A stretch of DNA of 64,000 bases from a virus. The translations under genes were made by a program, and so were the position numbers. Each line of letters opens with the position of its first letter. Position 1 is the first letter of the stretch. The stretch is from positions 27,362 through 91,361 of IMG/VR virus record IMGVR_UViG_3300031772_000009; one strand, given 5' to 3'. The notes beneath the pieces are model-generated. The model was not told the origin of the DNA. It saw only the letters and a list, made by a program, of their open reading frames with translations, and made no database searches. Below, in pieces: positions 22,094 through 31,767 of this stretch.

Positions 22094-22804
22094 ATGACTT
22101 ACCTTAAATTCTACGGATACGAAAAAGAAAAATTCCCTAACCAAAACAAGACGCATATACCAGATAAGAACGTTTCAAAATTCGCTCAGAAAATAGCTAA
22201 ACACTTTAAAGTTTCTCTAAGAGCAGTAAGACTAAGATGTTATAGAAATAGCGGAATTGCTCATTGTGGAATATGCGAAATAGGTTTAAGCCATAATCCA
22301 ACAGTCTTGTTAATCATTCATGAGATAGGACACTTATTCACATACCAAAAACTGAATGAAGCTAAACATAACAAGAACTTAATGCTTTTCATAAAGAGAG
22401 CATGTAGATATGCAGAAAAAATGGGATATTGGAGTTTAGAAGCTTCTGAAACTGAAAAATTTGAGCGGAAAAAGCCTAAACAATTCCTAGTTTATAGTAA
22501 GTGTCCAAATTGCGGTTTTGTGAATGATTGGGTAATGCCAAAAGAACACAGAGCATTTTATAAGACTCACTATGCGGTTAATACGGTTCACGATATGACT
22601 TGTTCACAATGCAGAGTAAGAACGAAACACACGATAACACAACAGAAACTTATCACTTTCGAAAATAGATTAGCTGAACAGCTAGAGAGACGTAGAAACT
22701 TCAGCAACTACGCTTTAATGATTATTCCAGAAACAGAAAAGGCTTTAGCTATTCCAGAAACTAAAGCAATAACGGTCTATAAAATACCTCTAGGATGTGT
22801 CTAA
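22094..22804 (+). CDS. SprT-like zinc metalloprotease with Zn ribbon
   Basis: IIHEIGH...H; CPNCG...CSQC. Confidence 0.6.
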   Translation: MTYLKFYGYEKEKFPNQNKTHIPDKNVSKFAQKIAKHFKVSLRAVRLRCYRNSGIAHCGICEIGLSHNPTVLLIIHEIGHLFTYQKLNEAKHNKNLMLFIKRACRYAEKMGYWSLEASETEKFERKKPKQFLVYSKCPNCGFVNDWVMPKEHRAFYKTHYAVNTVHDMTCSQCRVRTKHTITQQKLITFENRLAEQLERRRNFSNYALMIIPETEKALAIPETKAITVYKIPLGCV

Positions 22805-22807
22805 AAC

Positions 22808-23128
22808 ATGGAAAATATACGGATAAGCAATAAAGATACTGCTTTAGCTTTTGTTTCACCTTACAACAAAACCACCATATTTCTCAATATTCCAAAACAT
22901 CTTTTCCTAGATTCAGAAACAATAAAAGTATATCATATGAGAGAGAAACAATGGGTAAAGAAAAAATTGATAAATGAGATTTTTTCACTATTAGAACATG
23001 AATCTTTACACATTGTCTTAGACAAAACCGTAAGTGCAGAAGCTAGCGAAAAACTAGACAATCCTATTGATAATGAAACTTTAGAAACTATACTATATCG
23101 TGAACAATGGCTAAATTATGAGGTTTAA
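22808..23128 (+). CDS. small HExxH family protein (paralog 4)
   Basis: EHESLHIVLDKTVSAEASEKLDN. Confidence 0.6.
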   Translation: MENIRISNKDTALAFVSPYNKTTIFLNIPKHLFLDSETIKVYHMREKQWVKKKLINEIFSLLEHESLHIVLDKTVSAEASEKLDNPIDNETLETILYREQWLNYEV

Positions 23129-23438
23129 GAATATGACAGAAGATAACTATAAACTAGAGTTTAGGACCGCACAGAGACGGACAACTTTAACCTTTATTAA
23201 TCCTAAAGTTTCAACGGACACGATTTTCATAAACGATAATGCACTAGAAGAAAATCTTTATCTTTTCGAAAAATATATAGAGGAATTGCTAGAGCATGAG
23301 AGTATCCATCTAGCCATTTTATACGCTGTTGGAAAGAGTGAGAGCAGAGCATATGATAAGATGTATATGTTTATGGACCGTGTTTTAGTAATAATGAGGT
23401 CTCAAAATGACAAGAAACAAGAAACTCAGAAAATATAA
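23118..23438 (+). CDS. small HExxH family protein (paralog 5)
   Basis: EHESIHLAILYAVGKSESRAYDK. Confidence 0.6.
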   Translation: MRFKNMTEDNYKLEFRTAQRRTTLTFINPKVSTDTIFINDNALEENLYLFEKYIEELLEHESIHLAILYAVGKSESRAYDKMYMFMDRVLVIMRSQNDKKQETQKI

Positions 23439-24546
23439 GAAACATCTATCAAGTAAAAAGTTTAAGCTTCTGATAGAGGTTTTGCTGATAGATGTAGAAA
23501 AACCTACAGTGTCTTTTAAGTCACTGTCAAAAGTAGAAACGATAAGAATAAAACAATAATGGAGAGTGATAAGAGAATGAAGATAGAAAAGGTTAAGATA
23601 TTCCTAAAGTCTAAACATTGTTTTGTCTATACGGACAAACAGAGTTTTGAGGTAGCTTTCGAAAAAGTCGAAATAATCGAATAAAACAAAATGGGAGAGT
23701 GAAAAGAAAAATGGAAATAGACAACAGAGAGCAATACCTAATAATAGGTTGTCTTAATACGGTTAGGTTGTTAGCTGAAAAGAACGTACAAGATTTAGAA
23801 CAAGAACAACATAAGAGACCGTTAAGGGAATTTGAGAGATTAGCCTTATTAAGACTCAAAAGTGAAGTAGAAGACATAAAGAAACTACATGATAAAATAG
23901 TTTGTGGAAGGTGAAAAAGAGAATGAATAAAACACAGAAAAGAATATTGGAGAGACTGTTTAAACGGTCTCTGAAAGACCTAGAGAAACTTAGTGTTTTC
24001 GCAAAATCCAAAACTGAAAAGGCTTTAGCGAATAGACTTCTTAAGCTGTTCTATAAGAAACAGAGAAACTATAAGGTTAGTTATTGGTTAGCTGAACCTT
24101 ATAGTTTTGGAGAGCTTAGGGAAGAAACAACGATAAGAGCTTTTAGCCTAAACCATGCAATACACATAACGCTTAATGAACAGATAAGACCAATAATGCG
24201 GAAATATTGCGATATACAAGACAATACCATAACCTACATAAAGAGTTATGACAGAAACGATTTCTCAGAGAATTATCTATCTGAATCTTTCGTTGTGGAA
24301 GACCTAGAAGACCTTAAGGATATTTGCATGACAGCTAATGCTTTAATCCTAGTGCATAGAACAAACCGTAAGAATCCTTACTATACTAGATTGTGGAAGA
24401 CCTTAAGACAAAACAAGAATCCAATAATAAAGAAGGCTTAAAGCATGGAAAAAGCAAAATGTAAAACATGTTATCCAATATTCGGAAATTGTCCATTTTT
24501 CTTATGGATTCAAAAATGTAAACCAAAAGAAAAGAAGGTGATATGA

Positions 24547-24723
24547 ATGTTTACGAAACAACACTATATAGCTATTGCAAAAATGGTTAGTGATGTAAAA
24601 ACTGAACATGGAGATAACATAACGCTACAGCAATTAGAATATAAACTTAGAGAATATTTCTCAGAAGACAATCCCAATTTTGATAGAGTAAGATTCTCTG
24701 AAGCATGTAAATCTAGGATGTGA
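24547..24723 (+). CDS. small conserved phage-type protein (not in ORF track)
   Basis: Read by hand: MFTKHNYIAIA...EDNPNFDRVRFSEAC; GGTGA SD. Confidence 0.55.
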   Translation: MFTKQHYIAIAKMVSDVKTEHGDNITLQQLEYKLREYFSEDNPNFDRVRFSEACKSRM

Positions 24724-24904
24724 AACAATGAAACAATTAACTAGGGAAGGAATAATAGAACTAAAGAGACAATATGAAGAAAAGTGCAGAGCATGTTATA
24801 AGAGACATAAAGGTAAAACCTTTAACTGTAGAACGTGCTACTTAAGATTAATGCAAGAAGACTTAAACAAAATACCAAAAACACCAATAAGAAGGTATAG
24901 ATAA

Positions 24905-25204
24905 ATGACACAAATAAAAATCTATATTCCTTCAGTCTTTCGACACTCTAAAGCAGTAAACGACTTCATAAACACAATGCTTAAAGAGTTTAACGGTTTG
25001 ACTGTCTACGATTGTTTAGGATATTGGGTTAATCCAGAAAATCAAATAGAAACAGAGACCGTTAAAGTCTATGAATTCTTAACGCTATATTCAAACATGG
25101 AAGATATAGACTCTATAGTTTCTACTGAATGCAAAAAGCTTAAGCTGTTGCTGAACCAAAACAGCGTTTTGTATGCTATAGACAATAAACCCTTTTTCGT
25201 TTAG
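24905..25204 (+). CDS. DUF3574-like ferredoxin/PII-fold protein
   Basis: FNGLTV....GYW......E...Q.SV pattern. Confidence 0.5.
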   Translation: MTQIKIYIPSVFRHSKAVNDFINTMLKEFNGLTVYDCLGYWVNPENQIETETVKVYEFLTLYSNMEDIDSIVSTECKKLKLLLNQNSVLYAIDNKPFFV

Positions 25205-25933
25205 AAGGTGAAATAATGACAGAATGCGAAACTTGTAAACTGAAAAGCAATTGCACACAAACCGATAAAGACTTATGCATAGACTTTTTTTTCAATCATG
25301 TAAAAACTAGGATGGTGATAACGTGAAAAGAGAAAAAGAAAAACCTTTAAAATTTGGATTCTGTTTTAACTGTGATGAGCATAGAATCTTAAACGAAAAT
25401 AATTTATGCTCTGAGTGTACTGAACAAAAGGACCAAAAAGAATATTCCGAAAAAGAAGGTTTAGCTGAGACAGTCTTAAACGAATTAGCTAAGACACACA
25501 ACGACTTTAAGACAGTACAAGACAGAAAATATACAGTCTACACAATATTTCGTTATCACAACACACCTTTTAAGGTTGAAAAGATGGTAGGTTCAAATCA
25601 AGTCTTACTTTATGACAATGAAGACAAGACCATATATGACAGTGATAATGAGACGCAAGAACAGAGAAACGACTTTAGAAGGTGGCTAGAGAAACAGATT
25701 ATTTGTTTACTGTTGTGTGTCTTACCTAATGGTTTAAACGACACAATAGGAACATAAAGAAGGTGAACACATGGGAAAAATAAGAATTATAGACAAGAAA
25801 CAGAAAAGAGAATTGATAGCTAAAGCCCATTTTTGGTTTGGTTCAACAGAAGACATATTTAGAGACGGTCTAATAATTGAGCATGACACAGAGAGAGCTT
25901 TAACTTACGTCTTTAAGCCTATTCCCTAAACAA

Positions 25934-25958
25934 TGTTAAGGCATTTCCGAAAGTTCTA
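25934..25958 (+). repeat. right arm of 25-bp inverted repeat, followed by T-rich terminator
   Basis: TGTTAAGGCATTTCCGAAAGTTCTA, starting 4 nt after the last stop (25929), then TCTTTTTCT. Confidence 0.9.
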
Positions 25959-25959
25959 T

Positions 25960-27070
25960 CTTTTTCTATATTCGGTTTTGTTTCGCCGTAAAATCATTTT
26001 AAGGGTAAGAAGACCGAAAATAACGACTTGTTTTAAGCTTCTTTTGCCAAATAAAGCCCAATAATTATAGGTTCAACCAATCGCTTAATATTCGGACACC
26101 ATGAAAAGCATGGATAAAAACCGAAATAGAAACGTAAGCCTTTTCTTGTGGTCTCTGCATTTAGTCTAAGTTTCTATCTAAGTTTCTGTCTCTGTCTTTC
26201 CGCTCTGTTTGGTCTAGGCTAAACACTCAAACACTAGAGGTCTTACTATACTATCACAACACACAAGACCGAGACGTTAACGCTTAGACAACAGAGACGG
26301 ATAACGCTTTAGTTTCACTGTCATTCTAGGCTTACGGTCTAGTATCTGGACAACAGAGACCGTATAGACCGAGACCGTATAGACTAGACCTCTATACTAT
26401 CAACATATCACTACATATTCATTAAGCCTCTAAACATATTACCCAATAGACACACACCACCATTAACTAGCTTACCATATGGTTCAATAGTGTTATGCGT
26501 CTCTGTTGTCATGGATGTTAATAGGTTATTACTATTGTTATATAACTATTGTCATAACAAGCCACTGCATACCCTAATGTCTACCACTCCACCACCCATT
26601 AAGAAATAGACCATAACAACGTTAAAACGTATAGGTGTCGTATGTTGGACGGGCAGTTTGGGTGGATGGTGGGTCTATGTGGTGCTGGAACGTAGTGGAT
26701 TATTCTAAGTTATTCTGTGGGATTCGGCGTTCTTCTCAGTTATACATTTGCTATTCTATGGTATTATGATAAGATAGTAGGTCGTTCTGGTTGTCCAAGA
26801 TATAAAAACAGAAGGTGTATATGAGGGGTATGTACTATTGATTAATAATAAAAAAAACCAGAGAGGACGTTACTACTCCCCCCATATACACGTATCGTTT
26901 TTAAATGTTTGTGGTTATGCGTTTGTGGCAATAAACACTGAATATTGACAAAAGTGTATTGTCGCCACTGAGAGATAGAGAGAAGAGAATGTTTTCACAG
27001 TTCGGTGAAACTATATAAATAGGAGTGAAAGTTACTCCACTGTGGCGGTGGAGAGAAAGAAAAATAGGTT
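25960..27070. other. 1.1-kb non-coding repeat-rich region; candidate origin or packaging/terminus region
   Basis: GACAACAGAGAC at 26287, 26349 and inverted at 26499; GACCGTATAGAC x2; CTATACTATCA x2; C/A-rich to G/T-rich strand switch near 26630. Confidence 0.5.
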
Positions 27071-27077
27071 AAGTCGC

Positions 27078-27287
27078 TTAAACGGTTGGAATGATGTATG
27101 TTATGATGACAGTGACTTTTCCTTGGCTACTAACTTCGCTTGCGAGACCCCTTATTTCTACTGGACCATAAGATAGTCGTCTAAGACGAATTTCATCAAC
27201 GATTTCTTGAGACGTTCCAACGAGAATTTCAATCGTGTTGCCCTTGCTGTCTTCACTGCAATGTGATACATAACTTGCTACAGCCAT
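27078..27287 (-). CDS. hypothetical protein
   Basis: ATG-started 69-aa ORF divergent from the tRNA operon. Confidence 0.45.
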   Translation of the reverse strand: MAVASYVSHCSEDSKGNTIEILVGTSQEIVDEIRLRRLSYGPVEIRGLASEVSSQGKVTVIITYIIPTV

Positions 27288-27345
27288 TTTAATTCACGTT
27301 TATACAATGGAGAAACATTGTTAAAAGCTTTTTGTCAAGGCAACG

Positions 27346-27353
27346 TTTATATA
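27346..27353 (+). promoter_or_regulatory. archaeal TATA box of the tRNA-YunG-Mom operon
   Basis: TTTATATA about 25 nt upstream of the tRNA 5' end. Confidence 0.7.
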
Positions 27354-27377
27354 TGCCGTTTGCACTAGGTATTAAAT

Positions 27378-27457
27378 GCGGAGATAGTTCAAAAGTCCAG
27401 AACGGTTGGCATCCCGCCAACAGATGACAGACAACGGAATCTAGTCTCTCCGCACCA
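27378..27457 (+). tRNA. atypical tRNA-Gly(TCC)-like RNA with encoded CCA
   Basis: Acceptor GCGGAGA/TCTCCGC + A73 + CCA; D-stem GTTC/GAAC; anticodon stem GTTGG/CCAAC, loop CA-TCC-CG; T-arm lacks TTC (GACAGA-CAACGGAA-TCTAGTC). Confidence 0.8.
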
Positions 27458-27461
27458 AAAA

Positions 27462-27833
27462 GTGATTGACTTGACGACTGAACAATTGAGGGAACTTCGA
27501 GAGAAACTTGAGAAGTGTTGGTGTAAAGAAACAATTTGGCATAAAAATACTTGGAATCCAGACAAACTTTCTAAGGGTCAATGTTACGTTACCGCATTAC
27601 TAATTCAAAATATTTTGGGTGGAAGAATTTTTCATGGTACTGTTGAGAATGAAAATCATTACTGGAATGAACTTCCAGACGGGACAGAAGTAGATTTGAC
27701 TTCAGACCAATTTGACGATGGAGACGGAATTCATGTTCATCTAAAACATTTCTTTTTGAGTGTTGTCACTCCTAATAAAAGAAACAAACGTTACTTAATA
27801 TTGAAGGAGAAATATCTTGCCGTCAATAAGTAA
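27462..27833 (+). CDS. YunG-like protein (putative Cys-His-Asp papain/transglutaminase-like)
   Basis: GQCYVTALLIQ..LGG.I....HYWN....VDLTSDQF. Confidence 0.7.
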   Translation: MIDLTTEQLRELREKLEKCWCKETIWHKNTWNPDKLSKGQCYVTALLIQNILGGRIFHGTVENENHYWNELPDGTEVDLTSDQFDDGDGIHVHLKHFFLSVVTPNKRNKRYLILKEKYLAVNK

Positions 27834-28548
27834 AAGGACAGAACCATGTTTCGTCTGTGGAAAACAAGGTAAATATGGCGTGTTCGGAAGATATTACTGT
27901 GAAGAATGTTATGCTAAACGTCCCCACCGTGGTCATGGAAGCGGCGGCATGATTGCACTTTCAGAAGAGGAACTCCAATATGAACTCAACAAGGACATTT
28001 CATACCACGGCAAACCGTATTTTTTGAAAGTTCCTAAAGGACACAAAGTTTTTGCTAGTCTGTTTCTTTCACATTATCCAGAGAGTAAAGGCATAGTTGG
28101 AAGAAGCATAAACTATCTGATTCTATACGGAAATAGAATAGTTGGAATAATAGGACTGATGAATCCGCCTTACGCCATAGAATCAATAGACGACTATTTT
28201 GGAATAAACAAAGACAATCGTAATGCCAAAAACTTAGAGATAGCAAATAATCATGTGTTCAGACTGGTAAGCAACGAACCTAACCTTGCAAGCCGATGTT
28301 TGCGACTGTTAAGAAAGGTTGGAGTCAAGGATTGGCAAGACAAATACGGCGTGGTTCTGAAAGGTCTACTCACGTTTGTTGAGCCGCCGAGAAACGGAAT
28401 TTGTTATTTGGCTGACAACTGGAAATATCTTGGCATGACTAAAGGTTTCGGGACTACTCAACGTTCAAACAGATGGGAAAATAGAAAGTGGGTTAAGAAG
28501 TCTAAAAAACATATATTTGTTATCAAACTGGTCGTAGGTGTTCAATAA
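27817..28548 (+). CDS. Mom/DUF4338-like GNAT-fold putative DNA-modification enzyme with N-terminal Zn finger
   Basis: LSHY, ANNHVFRL, PNLASRCL, LTFVEP, GICYLADNWKYLGMTKG; CFVC...CEEC. Confidence 0.75.
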   Translation: MPSISKRTEPCFVCGKQGKYGVFGRYYCEECYAKRPHRGHGSGGMIALSEEELQYELNKDISYHGKPYFLKVPKGHKVFASLFLSHYPESKGIVGRSINYLILYGNRIVGIIGLMNPPYAIESIDDYFGINKDNRNAKNLEIANNHVFRLVSNEPNLASRCLRLLRKVGVKDWQDKYGVVLKGLLTFVEPPRNGICYLADNWKYLGMTKGFGTTQRSNRWENRKWVKKSKKHIFVIKLVVGVQ

Positions 28549-28778
28549 AAATGAACATATTGGAGTTTATTGAACACTGTAAGAAGTGTCCGAGACGAAG
28601 TAAATGTCATTTCATGGGTTGTATATTGGATGAAAGGTAACATAGGTATCGGAATAATCGTCAAATGTCAACGATGTGGCAAGTTGGGCGATGACCGTGA
28701 CATTTCAACCATATTATTTCCAGATGGAAGCGAGAAAACTCTATGTGAAGAATGTTTCCAAAAGGAGACTAAACAGAA

Positions 28779-29087
28779 ATGAAATGGGGATATATTGGAA
28801 GAAAACAAAGAAAGAGAGTTTTAGAGAGGGATGAACATAAATGTTTTATTTGTTGGCGAAAATATCAATTGACAATCCATCATCATTATGATTTTACTGG
28901 AAAGATTCTTCCTAAACGTGAAAATGTTTTATGTAATCTACCATACCATGAACCAAGAGATTGTGATTTAGTTACACTGTGTAAAGTTTGTCATGGAAAA
29001 ATCCAAGTTTGTGAGAAGGGAAGTCCTCTATATAGATTAGTTACTGAATATCTTGCCAACTTGAGTTTAAAGGAGAACCAAAAATGA
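28779..29087 (+). CDS. HNH endonuclease
   Basis: VLERDEHKCFIC...LTIHH...LVTLCKVCH. Confidence 0.8.
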   Translation: MKWGYIGRKQRKRVLERDEHKCFICWRKYQLTIHHHYDFTGKILPKRENVLCNLPYHEPRDCDLVTLCKVCHGKIQVCEKGSPLYRLVTEYLANLSLKENQK

Positions 29088-29383
29088 CTTGTATCAAATG
29101 TTTGATTCCCTATCTAGTATTCAAGATTGTTCCATTTGATTTTGGTTATTGGGTTGCCACTGAGATTTTCGTAAAACTCCATAATGGAAAAGATTCGTGT
29201 ATTGGATGAGAAAGCCAACCGAGACTGAACTTGGAATTTACTATGGTCACGAACTCTATGCTAGACTGAACGGGAAAGAAACGTGTATGTGTGAACAATG
29301 CTCCGAGATTAGACCAAAGATTGAGTATATGCTCTGGAAACAAAACCAAAAGGTTTAAATAGGAGATTGTATATTATATTTAG

Positions 29384-29525
29384 TACCGATACCGAACCTT
29401 ACCACGGCAAACCATGTTGCTCTGGAGAGAGGGTGCTACTCTCATGGAAGGTCTTTGAACGAAGACTGGGAGTGTGCAATACTGTTCCAATGTTCATGGA
29501 ATAAGCAATCGGGTCGGCAACTCTT
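29384..29525 (+). ncRNA. putative multi-branched small RNA
   Basis: TATA 29354; 5'/3' closing helix CCGATACCGA/TCGGGTCGG; internal hairpins; T-tract end. Confidence 0.55.
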
Positions 29526-29571
29526 TTTATTTGTAACAAACTTTATATATCGGATTTTACATAGTGTTTCT

Positions 29572-29635
29572 TAGCGAACTAGAAAAACACTGGATGGCAA
29601 CTTCAAGTGTGGTTGCCACCACGTTGTTTGCTATT
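29572..29635 (+). ncRNA. putative hairpin small RNA
   Basis: TATA 29542; TAGCGAAC/GTTTGCTA and TGGCAAC/GTTGCCA. Confidence 0.5.
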
Positions 29636-29679
29636 TTCTCGAAACCTTTATTAGTCGCCTAGACCATATCATGTTTTAG

Positions 29680-29760
29680 TCCGTAAGGAGCAACCCGAAA
29701 GGGTGGGATACGCTCCCCAAGGCTATTAATGGCGGAAGCCATCCGAAAGAAAGAATGAAA
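29680..29760 (+). ncRNA. GNRA-rich structured leader or small RNA
   Basis: TATA-like 29647; ACCC-GAAA-GGGT inside GGAGC/GCTCC; ATGGC-GGAA-GCCAT. Confidence 0.5.
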
Positions 29761-30645
29761 GAAGGTGATGGATACGAAAAAGAACGATTCGGTCTTGATG
29801 CAGAAACGCCTAATTTTGGAGTATGTAGACGAAAAAGGAAACTATACAAAGTCTGAAGGTAGAGAAATTGAACAACTCGGATTCTACATTCGTATGATGC
29901 ACACAGATTTTATTCCATGTGAATGTTGCCAAAGACGTTTAATAAAAGAAATGATGAAATCAAAACAGTGGAGTATAGGAAACAAAGAAACCGAACCACC
30001 AGTGGAACTTTGGAGAAAATTTGAAATTGAAGATAGTTCTTGGAAAGAATTGGAGAAACGTAAGGCAACAAAAGAAGACAAAGAAAGACTAGGCGATTTC
30101 GGCATAACAACCTATGAATAAACCATAACACTTAAATATCTCTTTTCCATATTTCTTTACAGTGATTAAAATGAGAAAACGTATTTCAGACGAATTTGAA
30201 ATAAGGATTGGTGAAGATTGGAGAACACGGTCTGGCTTCATTTGTGATTCTAAAAGAAAAGGTGCAAAACTTCCAGAACCTTTTGAAGACCATAGAATAG
30301 ACAATTGGATTATAGGAGAATTTCAGTTAAAGCATTTCAATAATTATCGTGTAAAAGTAACAGTAACTCTACTTGAGAAGAAGGAGAAAACATGAGTTGG
30401 ACTTGTCCTAATTGTGGAGCAAATGTTTGTGACTGTAGCAAATCATGTCCCAAATGCAGAACTCCTAAACCAGTGAGTTGATATTATGTTAAGATGGAAA
30501 TGTGAATGTGGCGAAACAAACTGTTCATGCCGCCGAACTTGCAAGAAATGTAATAAACATAGACCAGAACATCCAGAATGGATAATGAAGTAACAGAAAC
30601 CCTTAAATATGACGTTAACCATTTTACTTTCAAAGTGAATAAGAC

Positions 30646-31029
30646 ATGATAGAAGAAATAGTTAAGAATATAGCTTTGGGAGCATTCTATGGCACACAAG
30701 CGGCTCTGTTCGGATACATGAAGGACGAAAACTTACCGTTAAGTTGGACGGCTGTTTTCACAAAGAAATTCTGGGAAACCTTTAGTCCAGTTAAAGCGTT
30801 CAAGACAATTGTTTTGGGTGCTTTCATGGGAGCATTCGGAACATTCAGCGTATTAAACATTGAGAATAAATGGCTTGACCCAACAGAAACACTCATCGTC
30901 TACAACTTTGCTTACTCGGCAATAGTTATGGGTGTTGACCAATTCATAAAGTTAGTTGTGCGTAGAACACCAATAGTACGTGCTTGGAATTACCTCAAGG
31001 CAAAATGGAATTCTCTACCAATACAGTAA
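30646..31029 (+). CDS. multi-TM membrane protein (holin-like)
   Basis: About 3 hydrophobic helices and a basic C-terminus; first gene of the late region; hairpin plus T-tract terminator at ~31030-31070. Confidence 0.4.
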   Translation: MIEEIVKNIALGAFYGTQAALFGYMKDENLPLSWTAVFTKKFWETFSPVKAFKTIVLGAFMGAFGTFSVLNIENKWLDPTETLIVYNFAYSAIVMGVDQFIKLVVRRTPIVRAWNYLKAKWNSLPIQ

Positions 31030-31108
31030 AGTCACGTTTTAATTGTGACTTCTAACGCCTTTCTTTTTAGCATAACACTTATAACCATCTTTTGCAATAC
31101 TAATTATA

Positions 31109-31519
31109 GTGAAACATATGAAATTTGACGAATCAGTATTAAAAGCAATGGTTGAATTGGAAGGGTACAGTTTCGAGGAAGCCCAACTGTCATATGCTAA
31201 ACGAGAGAATCTACCAGACTCGGCGTTTTGTGGTCCACATAGGACTTATCCAGCCCATGATGCGGCTCATGTTAGAAACGGTCTAGCACGTCTTGGAACT
31301 TTCGGTCATAGACTTTCTCCAGCAGTGAGAGCAACTATTTTGCGTTGTCTAAAGGCAAGAGCGAAACGTTTCGGAATAGAAGTTTCCGAGACAAATGAAG
31401 GAAAACTTTGTTTGGCAAAATATGACGAGGAATTGGATAGTAAGACAAGACAGAAGTGGCTTATAGAAATCGAAGAAACTCGTAAGTGGTACGAAGAGAC
31501 CGTATCCAAAAAGGAATGA
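31109..31519 (+). CDS. DUF6582-like head-associated protein
   Basis: KRENLPDSAF...YP.HDAAHVRN.LAR. Confidence 0.6.
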   Translation: MKHMKFDESVLKAMVELEGYSFEEAQLSYAKRENLPDSAFCGPHRTYPAHDAAHVRNGLARLGTFGHRLSPAVRATILRCLKARAKRFGIEVSETNEGKLCLAKYDEELDSKTRQKWLIEIEETRKWYEETVSKKE

Positions 31520-31767
31520 TGGATATGGAAAAAGCATCAGAACCGCCACAATATGCAACCCCATCCGATATTCGTTGGTTACAACAGCAAATAGAACGTG
31601 CTGAACGAAGAACACGAATACTCCTAGACATGTTAGTAGCAAAGAAAATCATTACTGAAGCCGAAGCCAAAATCTTCAATGAAACAAAAACAAATTCCGA
31701 AGAAATACTCGAATGGTATCTCGCTGAACTGAAAAAGAAAGAATCAACTAAGTAGGGGGTTTTCCCT

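Noticed and set aside
25590-25601. GGTTCAAATC as a tRNA T-loop
   Set aside because: It lies inside ORF 25323-25757 with no cloverleaf around it.
19899-25958. Transposon with terminal inverted repeats
   Set aside because: No transposase or recombinase is inside and no target-site duplication was seen.
27817-28548. Druantia defence system (DruA is DUF4338)
   Set aside because: No DruE helicase or other dru genes are present, and the viral and tRNA context fits DNA modification better.
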